Shown here: in pieces, positions 37,952-48,698 of the stretch | Position numbering within the stretch: position 1 is the first letter of the stretch | Layout: the number at the start of each line of letters is the position of its first letter | Assembly (NCBI GenBank): GCA_950097015.1 | Contig: CATNEN010000007.1 | Location: 9,982,001-10,046,000, forward strand | Origin: Macrostomum hystrix | Taxonomy: Eukaryota; Animalia; Platyhelminthes | DNA length: 64,000 nt | Reading direction: 5' to 3' | Position numbers and translations under genes: made by a program | Notes under the pieces: generated by a model | Database searches by the model: none | Seen by the model: only the letters and a program-made list of their open reading frames with translations | What the model was told of the DNA's origin: nothing

Positions 37952-38597
37952 TCCCTCACCTGTCCCAGTCAGTTGCCCCAGTTCTGGCATCGGGTCCCTC
38001 ACCTGTCCCTGTCAGTTGCCCCAATTCTGGCATCGGGTCCCTCACCTGTCCCTGTCAGTTGCCCCAGTTCTGGCATCGGGTCCCTCACCTGTCCCTGTCA
38101 GTTGCCCCAGTTCTGGCATCGGGTCCCTCACCTGTCCCTGTCAGTTGCCACAGTTCTGGCATCGGGTCCCTCACCTGTCCCAGTCAGTTGCCCCAGTTCT
38201 GGCATCGGGTCCCTCACCTGTCCCAGTCAGTTGCCCCAGTTCTGGCATCGGGTCCCTCACCTGTCCCTGTCAGTTGCCCCAGTTCTGGCATCTGGTCCCT
38301 CACCTGTCCCTGTCAGTTGCCACAGTTCTGGCATCGGGTCCCTCACCTGTCCCTGTCAGTTGCCACAGTTCTGGCATCGGGTCCCTCACCTGTCCCTGTC
38401 AGTTGCCACAGTTCTGGCATCGGGTCCCTCACCTGTCCCTGTCAGTTGCCACAGTTCTGGCATCGGGTCCCTCACCTGTCCCTGTCAGTTGCCACAGTTC
38501 TGGCATCGGGTCCCTCACCTGTCCCTGTCAGTTGCCACAGTTCTGGCATCGGGTCCCTCACCTGTCCCTGTCAGTTGCCCCAGTTCTGGCATCGGGT
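37952..38597. repeat. 43-bp minisatellite (TCCCTCACCTGTCCCTGTCAGTTGCCCCAGTTCTGGCATCGGG)n
   Basis: About 15 copies. Confidence 0.97.
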
Positions 38598-39187
38598 GTC
38601 AAAATGTATTGGTCAGCCCGATGGAAATTGAGTTGCTTCTGCCGGGCAGCTCAAATCTCCTGACCGGAGTCCGTGACCGAACTGTCTCTAAGGCCAAAAA
38701 ATCCCCATGAAGACTGGTGTCCTCGCTCGGGGATTTCTGCTGGCATTTTTTACCGGGCTTCCCCTTCTTCCTCTCAACCTCGATCTCAGGCTGAACGTGT
38801 CAGGCCAGCCAGGTGCTCACCTGAGCTCACCTAAGCCGCATGCAGGTCTCCATTTCTCCTCTCTGTCAGCCATTTTTTATCCCCTCGCCTTAAAAGCTTC
38901 TCTTGGCTCCTCTTCGCGTTGTCGTGCTGAGAAGCCGCAGTGTCCCTTCCACACATTTGCCCCGCCCCCGAGATGAAACCGGAGCAGCCGAGGCCACCGG
39001 CTACTCGGATGTTCGATGTTAATTGTGAAGCCGAATTTGCCACTCATTAGTAGTTGTTTGCGCGTTTTATTGCAGACCGAAGCCGAGGTGCGGTAATCTT
39101 TGAGTCTGAGCTGGGGTGCCAGGCAATCTCATCTAATCTCCGCCGAGCAGACCCGCTCTATTTCGCACGCACTCACGTCATTTTCAG

Positions 39188-39247
39188 GCTTAGACTCGGG
39201 AACTCGGAGCGACAGAAAGTTGCTGACTGTGACGCACATCTTCATAG
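39188..39247 (+). CDS. candidate 60-nt alternative exon resembling the start of exon 8
   Basis: CTCACGTCATTTTCAG| ... TAG|GTAACC, phase 1-1. Reads SLDSGTRSDRKLLTVTHIFIG versus exon 8 RVLSNPRDYKLLETSDISLG. Confidence 0.4.
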
Positions 39248-40002
39248 GTAACCACCCGGCCATCCACCCGCATGCCCTGCCCACCAGCTTCACAGGCCTA
39301 AAACTTTCCTCTGAGACGTGTTCCTCCTCGCCTTGAGTGGTCCCGGACCCAGCAACAACAGAGACCTGGCATTGACACTCGATTGGTGGTAAAATAAACA
39401 TACTTCGGCAATGGCTGTAGGCATTGTAGCCTTGACGCCTCGATTCGGAGAAATTTCAGATGAAGTGCCAAAGCCAGCTCTCTGGTAATTCCCTGCCCGA
39501 ACATTCGGCGCACCTGCAGACATCCTTCAATGCGTTTGAGTTCCCGCGCCTGTGGCTCCATGTGCCTCTCTTCATGACTATTTAGACTCTATCAGGCTTG
39601 TGCACCGTCTTACTACTTAGAGTACTATGGCTCTATCTATCGCGAGTTAGCTTTTTTGTGTGCTCAACTCGAATTACTCATTTCTGTTGCAGTTTTATAA
39701 ACTTCAAGTGAGTTATTTATTTCTATAGAGGCTTTCTTTGGTCTGAATACTGATCTATGCTAGCCAGCTATCTATTTTATGCGTTTCTGTTAACATTGAT
39801 TCTATACACACACAAATTTATAAGAACTTTTCTTAACCTTAATTGCTCTATTGCTGTGCATTCAAGCCCAAGTGTCCAAATAGATGCGCTTGTTTAGCAA
39901 AATAGTCCAACTTGGGTGAGTAAGAACTTGAATTTGGAGAAGTCAGAAGGTTGCAGAATCGAGGACAATTTAGCCTCAGGTCAAGTGGGAGTACTTGATT
40001 CC

Positions 40003-40101
40003 TACTAGTGATTAGAGCGTTGGCCTCTCAACCTGAAGGTTGGGAGTTCGATTCCTGACTCCACTGGACCAATCTATGTCCCTCAGCAATGCGCTTAACT
40101 C
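40003..40101 (+). mobile_element. tRNA-derived SINE head (plus strand)
   Basis: A-box-like TAGTGATTAGAGC, B-box GTTCGATTCC, then SINE-body-like GTCCCTCAGCAATGCGCTTAACTC. Confidence 0.55.
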
Positions 40102-40126
40102 TGCGCATAAGTAAATGACAAAAATT

Positions 40127-40195
40127 GTTCCAGTGGAGTCGAGAATCGAACCCCGACCTGTAAGTCATGCGTCCGACGCCCTAGACACTCGCCCC
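40127..40195 (-). mobile_element. tRNA-derived SINE head (minus strand), same family
   Basis: Reverse complement GGCGAGTGTCTAGGGCG...GGTTCGATTCTCGACTCCACTGGA shares 21 of 23 nt with the plus-strand copy. Confidence 0.55.
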
Positions 40196-40400
40196 CTACA
40201 GCTACAGCCCCCTACTTTCATTAGGCAATGTAGAATAAGTGCCAATCAGTCATTGTGTACTGGGCGGGGACAGCTGTTTGCTGTTCGCAGACAGCACTTT
40301 GGTCCAGAGTCTGGCGTCCTTCTCACAATGAGGTGGCGCTTGAAACTGACCTACTGCTTATCTGAGTCCCCGCTGATGACGCGAACCGAACAATCCGCAG

Positions 40401-40812
40401 GAGTGCTGAGCAACCCGAGGGACTACAAACTGCTGGAGACATCCGACATCAGCCTGGGCCGTCGCTTGGACGGCGCTGGCGACTCCTTGGAGGCGCGGCC
40501 CTACTTCGTCGGCAGCCTTGCCCAGTTCAGCTTCAACAATGTCCGCTACTTCGAGCGCGATGCACAGCTGGACGCTGCCACCACGCTCGAGGTGACCGCC
40601 AGAGTCGACGACAGTCCCGTGGAGGTCGTCCTGCCCTTTACGCTGCGCAGCTCCGCCGCCTACGCGGAGCTGCCGCCGCTGCGCCTGTACGATTTGTTCC
40701 GCATCCGCCTCAGCCTGCGAACCAGCCAGAGCTCCGGTCTCCTGCTGCTCAACGCTGGCCGCGGCGGGGGCCAGCTGGCCGACTTCTTCCTGCTGGAGCT
40801 GCTGGACGGCAG
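40401..40812 (+). CDS. Nrx-1: alpha-neurexin exon 8: end of LNS4, start of LNS5
   Basis: Acceptor CCGCAG|, reads FVGSLAQFSFNN...LRTSQSSGLLLLNAG...DFFLLELLDG, donor AG|GTGTGC. Phase 1-2. Confidence 0.9.
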
Positions 40813-40844
40813 GTGTGCGCTGACTGCCTTCCGCTGAGGGCTTT

Positions 40845-41227
40845 CTCACACCTGCCAACCCAATCAGACAGTCACAACTCTCACCTGCCAACCCAATCAG
40901 ACAGTCACAACTCACACCTGCCAACCCAATCAGACAGTCACAACTCACACCTGCCAACCCAATCAGACAGTCACAACTCACACCTGCCAACCCAATCAGA
41001 CAGTCACAACTCTCACCTGTCACTTTAATCAGTCACACAAATCACACCTGACACTTCAATCAGTCACACAAATCACACCTGACACTTCAATCAGTCACAC
41101 AAATCACACCTGACACTTCAATCAGTCACACAAATCACACCTGACACTTCAATCAGTCACACAAATCACACCTGACACTTCAATCAGTCACACAAATCAC
41201 ACCTGACACTTCAATCAGTCACAAATC
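40845..41227. repeat. bipartite 33-bp and 31-bp minisatellite
   Basis: (CTCACACCTGCCAACCCAATCAGACAGTCACAA)n followed by (CAAATCACACCTGACACTTCAATCAGTCACA)n. Confidence 0.95.
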
Positions 41228-41294
41228 GCATCTGTCTGTTGGGATCAGACGGTCAAGCTCGAATGCTCCATTCCCTCACCTGACTCTCATCCAG

Positions 41295-41580
41295 AATCCG
41301 GCTCGCCCTGAACGCCGGGTCGGGTCTGGCTGAGCTGAAGCTCGGCGAGTCGCTCAACGACGACCGCTGGCACGAGGTGGAGGTTCGCCGCACCGCGCTG
41401 GACAGAATCGTCTTGCGCGTCGACGGTGGGCGAACGGAGACGGCGATGCCATCGGCTGCCGGCGATAGCGAGGCCAGCCGGCGAGCCGGCCTCAATGTGG
41501 ACGTCGGGGACAGCCCGGTCTACCTGGGAGGGGCGCCGCCTAGCGAGCTGCCGGCCCTCAAGTCTGGCGTCGGGTTTCAG
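41295..41580 (+). CDS. Nrx-1: alpha-neurexin exon 9: LNS5
   Basis: Acceptor ATCCAG|, reads IRLALNAGSG...LNDDRWHEVEVRR...VYLGG...GFQ, donor CAG|GTGTGG. Phase 2-0. Confidence 0.9.
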
Positions 41581-41639
41581 GTGTGGCGACTGCGAGTGTG
41601 GCGTCCAAAACCTCTCGAAAAAAATCTGCCGACCCTCCC

Positions 41640-41791
41640 CAACCTGCTAAACCCCTTGCCAACCTGTCAAACCCCTTGCCAACCTGTCAAACCCCTTGCC
41701 AACCTGTCAAACCCCTTGCCAACCTGTCAAACCCCTTGCCAACCTGTCAAATCCCTCCCCAACCTGTCAAACCCCTCCCGAACCTGTCAAA
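41640..41791. repeat. 20-bp minisatellite (AACCTGTCAAACCCCTTGCC)n
   Basis: Direct reading. Confidence 0.93.
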
Positions 41792-42013
41792 ATGGTTGTC
41801 AAACTGTCAAACCAGACACCAAAATGTGAAATCCGAAACCGAAGTGTCTAACCCGGAAATCACATTTTAAACACGACACCCGTCTGTCAAAGCCCATCCC
41901 CAAACTGTCAAATCCCACTCTCAAAATCCATACTTAGCTCTAAAACCATATCCTCACCCGTCAACCCGCTTTCCGATGTCAAATCCCGTCTCAATTTATC
42001 CGTTGCCTCACAG

Positions 42014-42284
42014 GGCTGCTTGGGCTCCATCTACCTGTACGATGGCTCAGAATCAGACCAACCACAGCAACAGCAGCAGCAATCTCCCGAGCAGGCATTT
42101 GATGTTATTGCCCTGCGCCGAAATCGGTCCAACTTTATGTCCGACATCACCCCCTCCTGCCAGAAGCCCCTGGTCGAGTGCGGCCCACGCACCTGCCATT
42201 ACGGCGGGCAGTGCGTGCAGCAGTGGGACCGGGTGGCTTGCAACTGCGATGCCACCTCCTTCACTGGAGACTGGTGCAACCGGG
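42014..42284 (+). CDS. Nrx-1: alpha-neurexin exon 10: end of LNS5 and EGF3
   Basis: Acceptor TCACAG|, reads GCLGSI...CHYGGQCVQQWDRVACNCDATSFTGDWCN, donor G|GTAGGT. Phase 0-1. Contains a short poly-Q insert. Confidence 0.92.
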
Positions 42285-42324
42285 GTAGGTGCTGCTGCAC
42301 TGGGCATGAGGGCAGCAACTTGCG

Positions 42325-42676
42325 GGTGTGAAATCAGTCAGGTGTGAAATCAGTCAGGTGTGAAATCAGTCAGGTGTGAAACCAGTCAGGTGTGAAATCA
42401 GTCAGGTGTGAAATCAGTCAGGTGTGAAATCAGTCAGGTGTGAAATCAGTCAGGTGTGAAATCAGTCAGGTGTGAAACCAGTCAGGTGTGAAACCAGTCA
42501 GGTGTGAAATCAGTCAGGTGTGAAATCAGTCAGGTGTGAAACCAGTCAGGTGTGAAACCAGTCAGGTGTGAAATCAGTCAGGTGTGAAATCAGTCAGGTG
42601 TGAAATCAGTCAGGTGTGAAATCAGTCAGGTGTGAAATCAGTCAGGTGTGAAACCAGTCAGGTGTGAAACCAGTCA
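42325..42676. repeat. 16-bp minisatellite (GGTGTGAAATCAGTCA)n
   Basis: About 22 copies, ending at the branch point of exon 11. Confidence 0.97.
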
Positions 42677-42706
42677 CTAACCGCTCTCTCCCCGACCTCC
42701 TGCCAG

Positions 42707-42933
42707 TTGGCGACGCGACCTTCCAGTTCGGGGCGGGCGGCCGGCTGGGCCGAATCACCTTTGAGTTCCTGGACGACAGCTTCCTGCCCAGCACCAAGAG
42801 AGACGAGGTGTCCTTCGGCTTCCAGACCACCAAGGCCAGCTGCACTCTGGTGCTCATCGAGGGCAAGCAGGAGCCGAGAGACACGGCCGAATCGAAGCGG
42901 CCTCCACCGGCGGACTTTATCGTCGTCCAAGTG
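42707..42933 (+). CDS. Nrx-1: alpha-neurexin exon 11: start of LNS6
   Basis: Branch CTAAC and acceptor TGCCAG|, reads PSTKRDEVSFGFQT (cf. neurexin PSTRADRLAIGFST), donor GTG|GTGAGG. Phase 1-0. Confidence 0.9.
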
Positions 42934-43019
42934 GTGAGGAATCCAGGGACTGTACTCAGAAATGATTTCCAGTCAGCCGCGAGTTCATTCCAGCTGAACT
43001 GCTCCGCCAACCCCTGCAG

Positions 43020-43188
43020 GTAAAGAGCCAGCTGGTGGTGAGGTACTTCCTGAAGAGGCGCGTGGTCTCGCTGGAAAAGCCTCGGCTGAACATGTCGGAC
43101 GGGCGCTACCATCGGGTGCGCTTCCTGCGCGAGGAGGCGCGCGGCACCCTCTTTGTGGACGGCCTGCAGCCCGTGGTGGTGACGCCCG
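43020..43188 (+). CDS. Nrx-1: alpha-neurexin exon 12: LNS6
   Basis: Acceptor CTGCAG|, reads VKSQLVVRY...MSDGRYHRVRFLREEARGTLFVDG (cf. [22 protein letters not shown]), donor G|GTGAGT. Phase 0-1. Ends at the SS4-equivalent position. Not captured by the ORF track. Confidence 0.88.
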
Positions 43189-43204
43189 GTGAGTGAGGGC
43201 GCTC

Positions 43205-43837
43205 ATGGAATAGGAAGCTGATCCCAATGACTGATGGAATGGGAAGCTGATCCCTATGTCTGATGGAATGGGAAGCTGATCCCAATGACTGATGGAATGG
43301 GAAGCTGATCCCTATGTCTGATGGAATGGGAAGCTGATCCCTATGTCTGATGGAATGGGAAGCTGATCCCTATGTCTGATGGAATGGGAAGCTGATCCCA
43401 ATGACTGATGGAATGGGAAGCTGATCCCAATGACTGATAGAATGGGAAGCTGATCCCAATAACTGATAGCATGGGAAGCTGATCCCAATGACTGATAGAA
43501 TGGGAAGCTGATCCCAATGACTGATGGAATGGGAAGCTGATCCCAATGACTGATGGAATGGGAAGCTGATCCCAATGACTGATGGAATGGGAAGCTGATC
43601 CCAATGACTGATAGAATGGGAAGCTGATCCCTATGTCTGATGGAATGGGAAGCTGATCCCAATGACTGATGGAATGGGAAGCTGATCCCAATGACTGATG
43701 GAATGGGAAGCTGATCCCAATAACTGATGGAATGGGAAGCTGATCCCTATGTCTGATGGAATGGGAAGCTGATCCCTATGTCTGATGGAATGGGAAGCTG
43801 ATCCCAATGACTGATGGAATGGGAAGCTGATCCCAAT
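43205..43837. repeat. 29-bp minisatellite (ATGGAATGGGAAGCTGATCCCAATGACTG)n
   Basis: About 22 copies. Confidence 0.97.
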
Positions 43838-43925
43838 AATTCAGTTTGTTGGGGGGCTAACCCCATTGGCCCACGAGACAAAAGCACGTAGAAAACAAAG
43901 CCACTCGCCACTCCGCTCCTCCCAG

Positions 43926-44296
43926 CAATCGACTTCGGCACAACGTTCAACTCCCAGAAGACCATCTATGTAGGCGGCACAGCACTTGTGAACCAGCAGC
44001 GCGAGGCGGCCGTGAAAGCGGCGGCCCTGACGCTCGGCCGCAGCCGACGGTCCAGCCCGGAGGATTGGAGCCACTTCGAGGGCCACCTGGCCGGCCTAGT
44101 GTTCAACGGCATCGCCCTGAGCCGCATCGCGGCGGGAGACCTGACTGCGTCCAGCGTGGTAAAGATGAGCGCGGAGCTGTTCGGCGACGTCCGGCGGGTG
44201 GAGAAGTTTCAGCCACAGCTGGACGGCTTCCCGCCGCCGGACCCACCGGACTCCTACCTGCACCCGGAGCGCATGATGTCCACCAGCCCAGGAGAT
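43926..44296 (+). CDS. Nrx-1: alpha-neurexin exon 13: end of LNS6
   Basis: Acceptor TCCCAG|, reads TFNSQKTIYVGG...FEGHLAGLVFNG...GDVR, donor GAT|GTGAGG. Phase 1-0. Confidence 0.9.
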
Positions 44297-44399
44297 GTGA
44301 GGCAAAGCACCTTCACATTATTCCCCATTCACTTCTGCCGCATCAACCATATTCTTTTGTCGCACTCTTGAAGCCAGACACCCATCCAATACCCTCCAG

Positions 44400-44524
44400 A
44401 CCACACCAGCCGCCATCATCGACGTCCGCTGCAAGCAAACCGGCAGCGCCGTCAGGTCCGCAGTCGACTGCATCGGCGCTGGAGGCATCATCTCTCCCGG
44501 TCTATCGACCATTGCAGTAGACGA
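44400..44524 (+). CDS. Nrx-1: alpha-neurexin exon 14: stalk with cysteine loop
   Basis: Acceptor CTCCAG|, reads TTPAAIIDVRCKQTGSAVRSAVDCIGAGG, donor GA|GTGAGT. Phase 0-2 is exactly what is needed to join exon 13 to exon 15. Confidence 0.78.
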
Positions 44525-44632
44525 GTGAGTGCAGCACCCTGGCCTTAAGCGAATGGGCACTTTATTCTATATGCACTTTAAAAGTTCATCCAACGCACTT
44601 AACGCCCGCTGTGACACGCAACTCTTGACACC

Positions 44633-45113
44633 ACCCCACTCCAGACACCAACCCCACTTCAGACACGAACCCGACTCCAGACACCAACCCCACTCCAGAC
44701 ACCAACCCCACTCCAGACACCAACCCCACTTCAGACACCAACTCGACTCCAGACACCAACCTCAATCCATACACCAACCCCACTCCAGACACCAACCCCA
44801 CTTCAGACACCAACCCGACTCCAGACACCAACCTCAATCCATACACCAACCCCACTCCAGACACCAACCCCACTTCAGACACCAACCCGACTCCAGACAC
44901 CAACCTCAATCCATACACCAACCCCACTCCAGACACCAACCCCACTCCAGACACCAACCCGACTCCAGACACCAACCCCACTCCAGACACCAACCCCACT
45001 CCAGACACCAACTCCACTCCAGACACCAACCCCACTCCAGACACCAACCCCACTCCAGACACCAACCTCACTCCAGACACCAACCCCACTACAAACACCA
45101 ACCCCACTCCAGA
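44633..45113. repeat. 18-bp minisatellite (CCCCACTCCAGACACCAA)n
   Basis: Direct reading. Confidence 0.96.
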
Positions 45114-45174
45114 AACACGCGCACTCGAGAAAACCCAAAAAATCACCAGAATTTTCATACCAACAACCACGCAG

Positions 45175-45553
45175 GAATGCTCGCCATGTCACCGCCGAAC
45201 CACCTGGACCATCCGGTGGTGGCCGCCGGCCTGACTGGCCGGTCCCCACCGAGGCTCCGGCGGACAGCGATGGCACCCGTGAGACCAAAGCCGCCGGTGG
45301 CCAGCAATCTTCGGCAAAAATCGACATCTTCATCATCGTGATTGTAGCCGCCTCAGGCGCCGTGCTATTGTTCGTGTTCTTCTGCCTGATCTACCGCTGC
45401 CGTAGCAAGAACGAAGGCTCCTACCGGGTTGACGAGACCCAGAACTTCGAGGATCCGGCGTTGAAACCGCTGCGCGGCGCCGCCCACGCAAACGGCGACG
45501 TGCGAACGAAGATGGCCACCAAGAAGCGGGACATCAAAGAGTGGTACGTGTGA
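45175..45553 (+). CDS. Nrx-1: alpha-neurexin exon 15: TM and cytoplasmic tail
   Basis: Acceptor ACGCAG| (phase 2). TM IFIIVIVAASGAVLLFVFFCLIY, juxtamembrane RSKNEGSYRVDE, and PDZ-binding end KKRDIKEWYV*, diagnostic of neurexins. Confidence 0.95.
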
Positions 45554-45957
45554 CGCGGATGCCGCTCTCCCCCGACCAGCGGGCGCGCTGCTCAAGGCGA
45601 GTTGAAGTTTTTGTGGGCCAGTTTTTCAATTATCCCCTAACTGATGAATGCCTATTTTTTTATTCCGTAACTGCATGTGAGCTGCACGGGATTCAGTAGT
45701 CTAGACTTTTTGTGATAATGAGTGACCCCCAGATACAATCGCTGCAAGAACTTTCACCTTGTTTTTTTAGAATTCCGATTTACACCTGCCTTGCCCTGCT
45801 GTCAATCAACTTGCAGATCGAGACAGGTGGGGCGAAGCCGCACGCGCCGGCAGCTACGGAATCCCCGCCCAATCTGCATTTCACTCGGCTCCGCTGACTG
45901 CTTGGCCTCAGCTGCCTGGCAACAAAAAGCTCCTCACTTGGATAGATTTCTCTGGCA

Positions 45958-46597
45958 AACTAGTCCGAACTCAACTCAAACCAGCCCGAACTCAACTCAA
46001 ACCAGATCGAACTCAACTTAAACCATCCCGAATTCAACTCAAACCAGCCCGAACTCAACTCAAACCAGTCCGAACTCAACTCAAACCAGTCCGAACTCAA
46101 CTCAAACCAGATCGAACTCAACTTAAACCATCCCGAATTCAACTCAAACCAGCCCGAACTCAACTCAAACCAGTCCGAACTCAACTCAAACCAGTCCGAA
46201 CTCAACTCAAACCAGTCCGAACTCAACTCTAACCAGATCGAACTCAACTTAAACCATCCCGAACTCAACTCAAACCAGTCCGAACTCAACTCAAACCAGA
46301 TCGAACTCAACTTAAACCATCCCGAATTCAACTCAAACCAGCCCGAACTCAACTCAAACCAGTCCGAACTCAACTCAAACCAGTCCGAACTCAACTCAAA
46401 CCAGTCCGAACTCAACTCAAACCAGATCGAACTCAACTTAAACCATCCCGAATTCAACTCAAACCAGCCCGAACTCAACTCAAACCAGCCCGAACTCAAC
46501 TCAAACCAGATCGAACTCAACTTAAACCATCCCGAATTCAACTCAAACGAGCTCGAACTCAACTCAAACGAGCTCGAACTCAACTCAAACCAGCCCT
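45958..46597. repeat. 21-bp minisatellite (CCGAACTCAACTCAAACCAGT)n downstream of the neurexin stop
   Basis: About 30 copies. Confidence 0.96.
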
Positions 46598-47137
46598 AAC
46601 TCTTCTTAAACAAAATCTAACGCATGAACTCACCACCCTAACTCGATTCCCCAAGCTCCACAAAAGCATTGGATAGATCAAATTATTGTTGCTATGCGGT
46701 TGCTGCTCTACTATTGTGATCTAGCCTAAAGTTTTAGCCAGAGCTTCAAGCGAGATGATTTTCTTTCATTTCTTTCTCCCTTCCTTTCAAAAAAAGCGCA
46801 TTCGCGGACCAAAGATTGCAAGCAAATGTCCCATCAGCAGCCTGTTATTGCCACTCGCTTTCCTCACATGCGCTGTCCTGTTTGCACAGTTCTGCTTGCA
46901 AATACAATATATGTACTGTATAGCTTTTATCTAATAATGTTTTTGGCATTCCTGCAATGCAAGGGGCGGTACAGCTCCACATCGGAAATCACGGGATACC
47001 CATTTGTTCCTTGTAATGCCCCAGGTACTGTAGCTGCGGCTTGAGTGCATTTTTCTGTTCTTTCTGGCCCACATGCATCACAGTCACCCACTTAACTCTT
47101 CTCATTCTAGCCATTCTTGATCGCTCATTCAGCTCAA

Positions 47138-47700
47138 CTCCGCTCAGCCACCCCTCCTCGGAGGACCCGCACTCCTCCGCTTACTTGGAGTACACTCCCT
47201 CCTCCGCTTAGCCACCCCTCCCTCCGCTTAGCCACCCCTCCTCCGCGGACCCGCACTCATCCGCTTAGCCACCTCCCCCTCCCTCCGTTTAGCCACCCCT
47301 CCTCCGCGGACCCGCACTCATCCGCTTAGCCACCTCCCCCTCCCTCCGCTCAGCCACCCCTCCTCGGAGGACCCGCACTCCTCCGCTTAGCCACCTCCCC
47401 CCTCCCTCCGCTCAGCCACCCCTCCTCGGAGGACCCGCACTCCTCCGCTTAGCCACCTCCCCCCTCCCTCCGCTCAGCCACCCCTCCTCGGAGGACCCGC
47501 ACTCCTCCGCTTACTTGGAGTACACTCCCTCCTCCGCTTAGCCACCCATACTCCGCGGACCCGCACTCCTCCGCTTACGCCCTAGCTTCCTTGGAGTACA
47601 CTCTCTCTTCCGCTTAGCCACCCCACCCTCCGCTTAGCCACCCCTCCTCCGCTTAACCACTCCTCCTGCCCTTATTCACCCTCCTCCGCTCGCCCACCCA
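47138..47700. repeat. composite C-rich tandem repeat (CCGCTTAGCCACCCCTCCT core)
   Basis: Direct reading. Confidence 0.88.
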
Positions 47701-48698
47701 CTCCTCGCCGGCTCACCATTATTTCTTCGCTCAACAAGCCCCACCTGACTTCAGGCCGAGCCCCCTCTCATCCATATCCTTTTCTACCTTCTCCACAAAG
47801 ACTGGACGATAAGGCGCAGTTTTACTGTTTTTGTCTGCATGTCTGCCCTCATTCAACACATTTTTGCAGTCATGCTGGTTATCATTTTTGTATCAAAGCA
47901 GATGTCGTCCAGCAGCTTACCCCATCTCTAGAACTAAAGTATACATTGATTTTGACAATCCACGGAAGCACTGTCAGCAATTATCTAACTTACTTTTTTT
48001 ACACCTGTGCTCCTTGAAAACCTGGCAGTCCATTAGCAAAATTCGATAAATCTTATTGACGTGTGTAAATATAAATACAAAGACTTTTTCTTGGTCCTTC
48101 AGACTGCTAGATTCGGGAGCAGTTTAAACTTTCACTGAATATTGTATAAAACTGCAAATACCACTTCTTCATGACACTTGACTCTTGCACGAAGGTCCTG
48201 AGCTCGACTCCACGAAGAGAACGAAGAATTCGCAGTCATCGGAAATTATTCAAAAGTTTCGTGCTGCAAAAACATCTCATATGCGTCACTGCAAACACTA
48301 CTAAGCCAGTTTTGTTTCACAGAAATGTGAAACGGATTCCAAAATTACCCAGCGCGCAAGTCAGAAAGTACTTTTTGCATTCCACATCCCGGCAGATCGG
48401 TCTGAATACCTTATACTCTGATCCTCTGCCAAGCACACTCGATTACCAAATATTAAGAAGGCCATTGCCGACAAGCCTAGAACCGTCGGCCGCGACTTTC
48501 GTTTGATTAACGAGCCAATGAAAATCGGCAAAATGTGCGAGAGGTAGCGAGGCCGACCAGCCAAGCACGAATTCCACAGTGCGGTAAGTTTTGAAGATCA
48601 GCAAGCAGCGCTCACCTTTCACGTCGTGGATGTCTGAGGGAAGCGAAACTAACGGGATACTGACAATTGACTGACACAGTACACCCGATGCAAACAGG

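Noticed and set aside
40003-40195. Functional tRNA genes
   Set aside because: Only A/B-box-like parts are present with no clean cloverleaf, and the shared downstream tail indicates SINE heads.
42285-42706. Beta-neurexin-type promoter and first exon before LNS6
   Set aside because: The 422-nt intron is almost entirely a 16-bp minisatellite, with no ATG-signal peptide-donor unit.
43189-43925. SS4-type cassette exon
   Set aside because: The intron is filled by the 29-bp repeat. The remaining unique sequence has no convincing donor and holds the probable branch point of exon 13.
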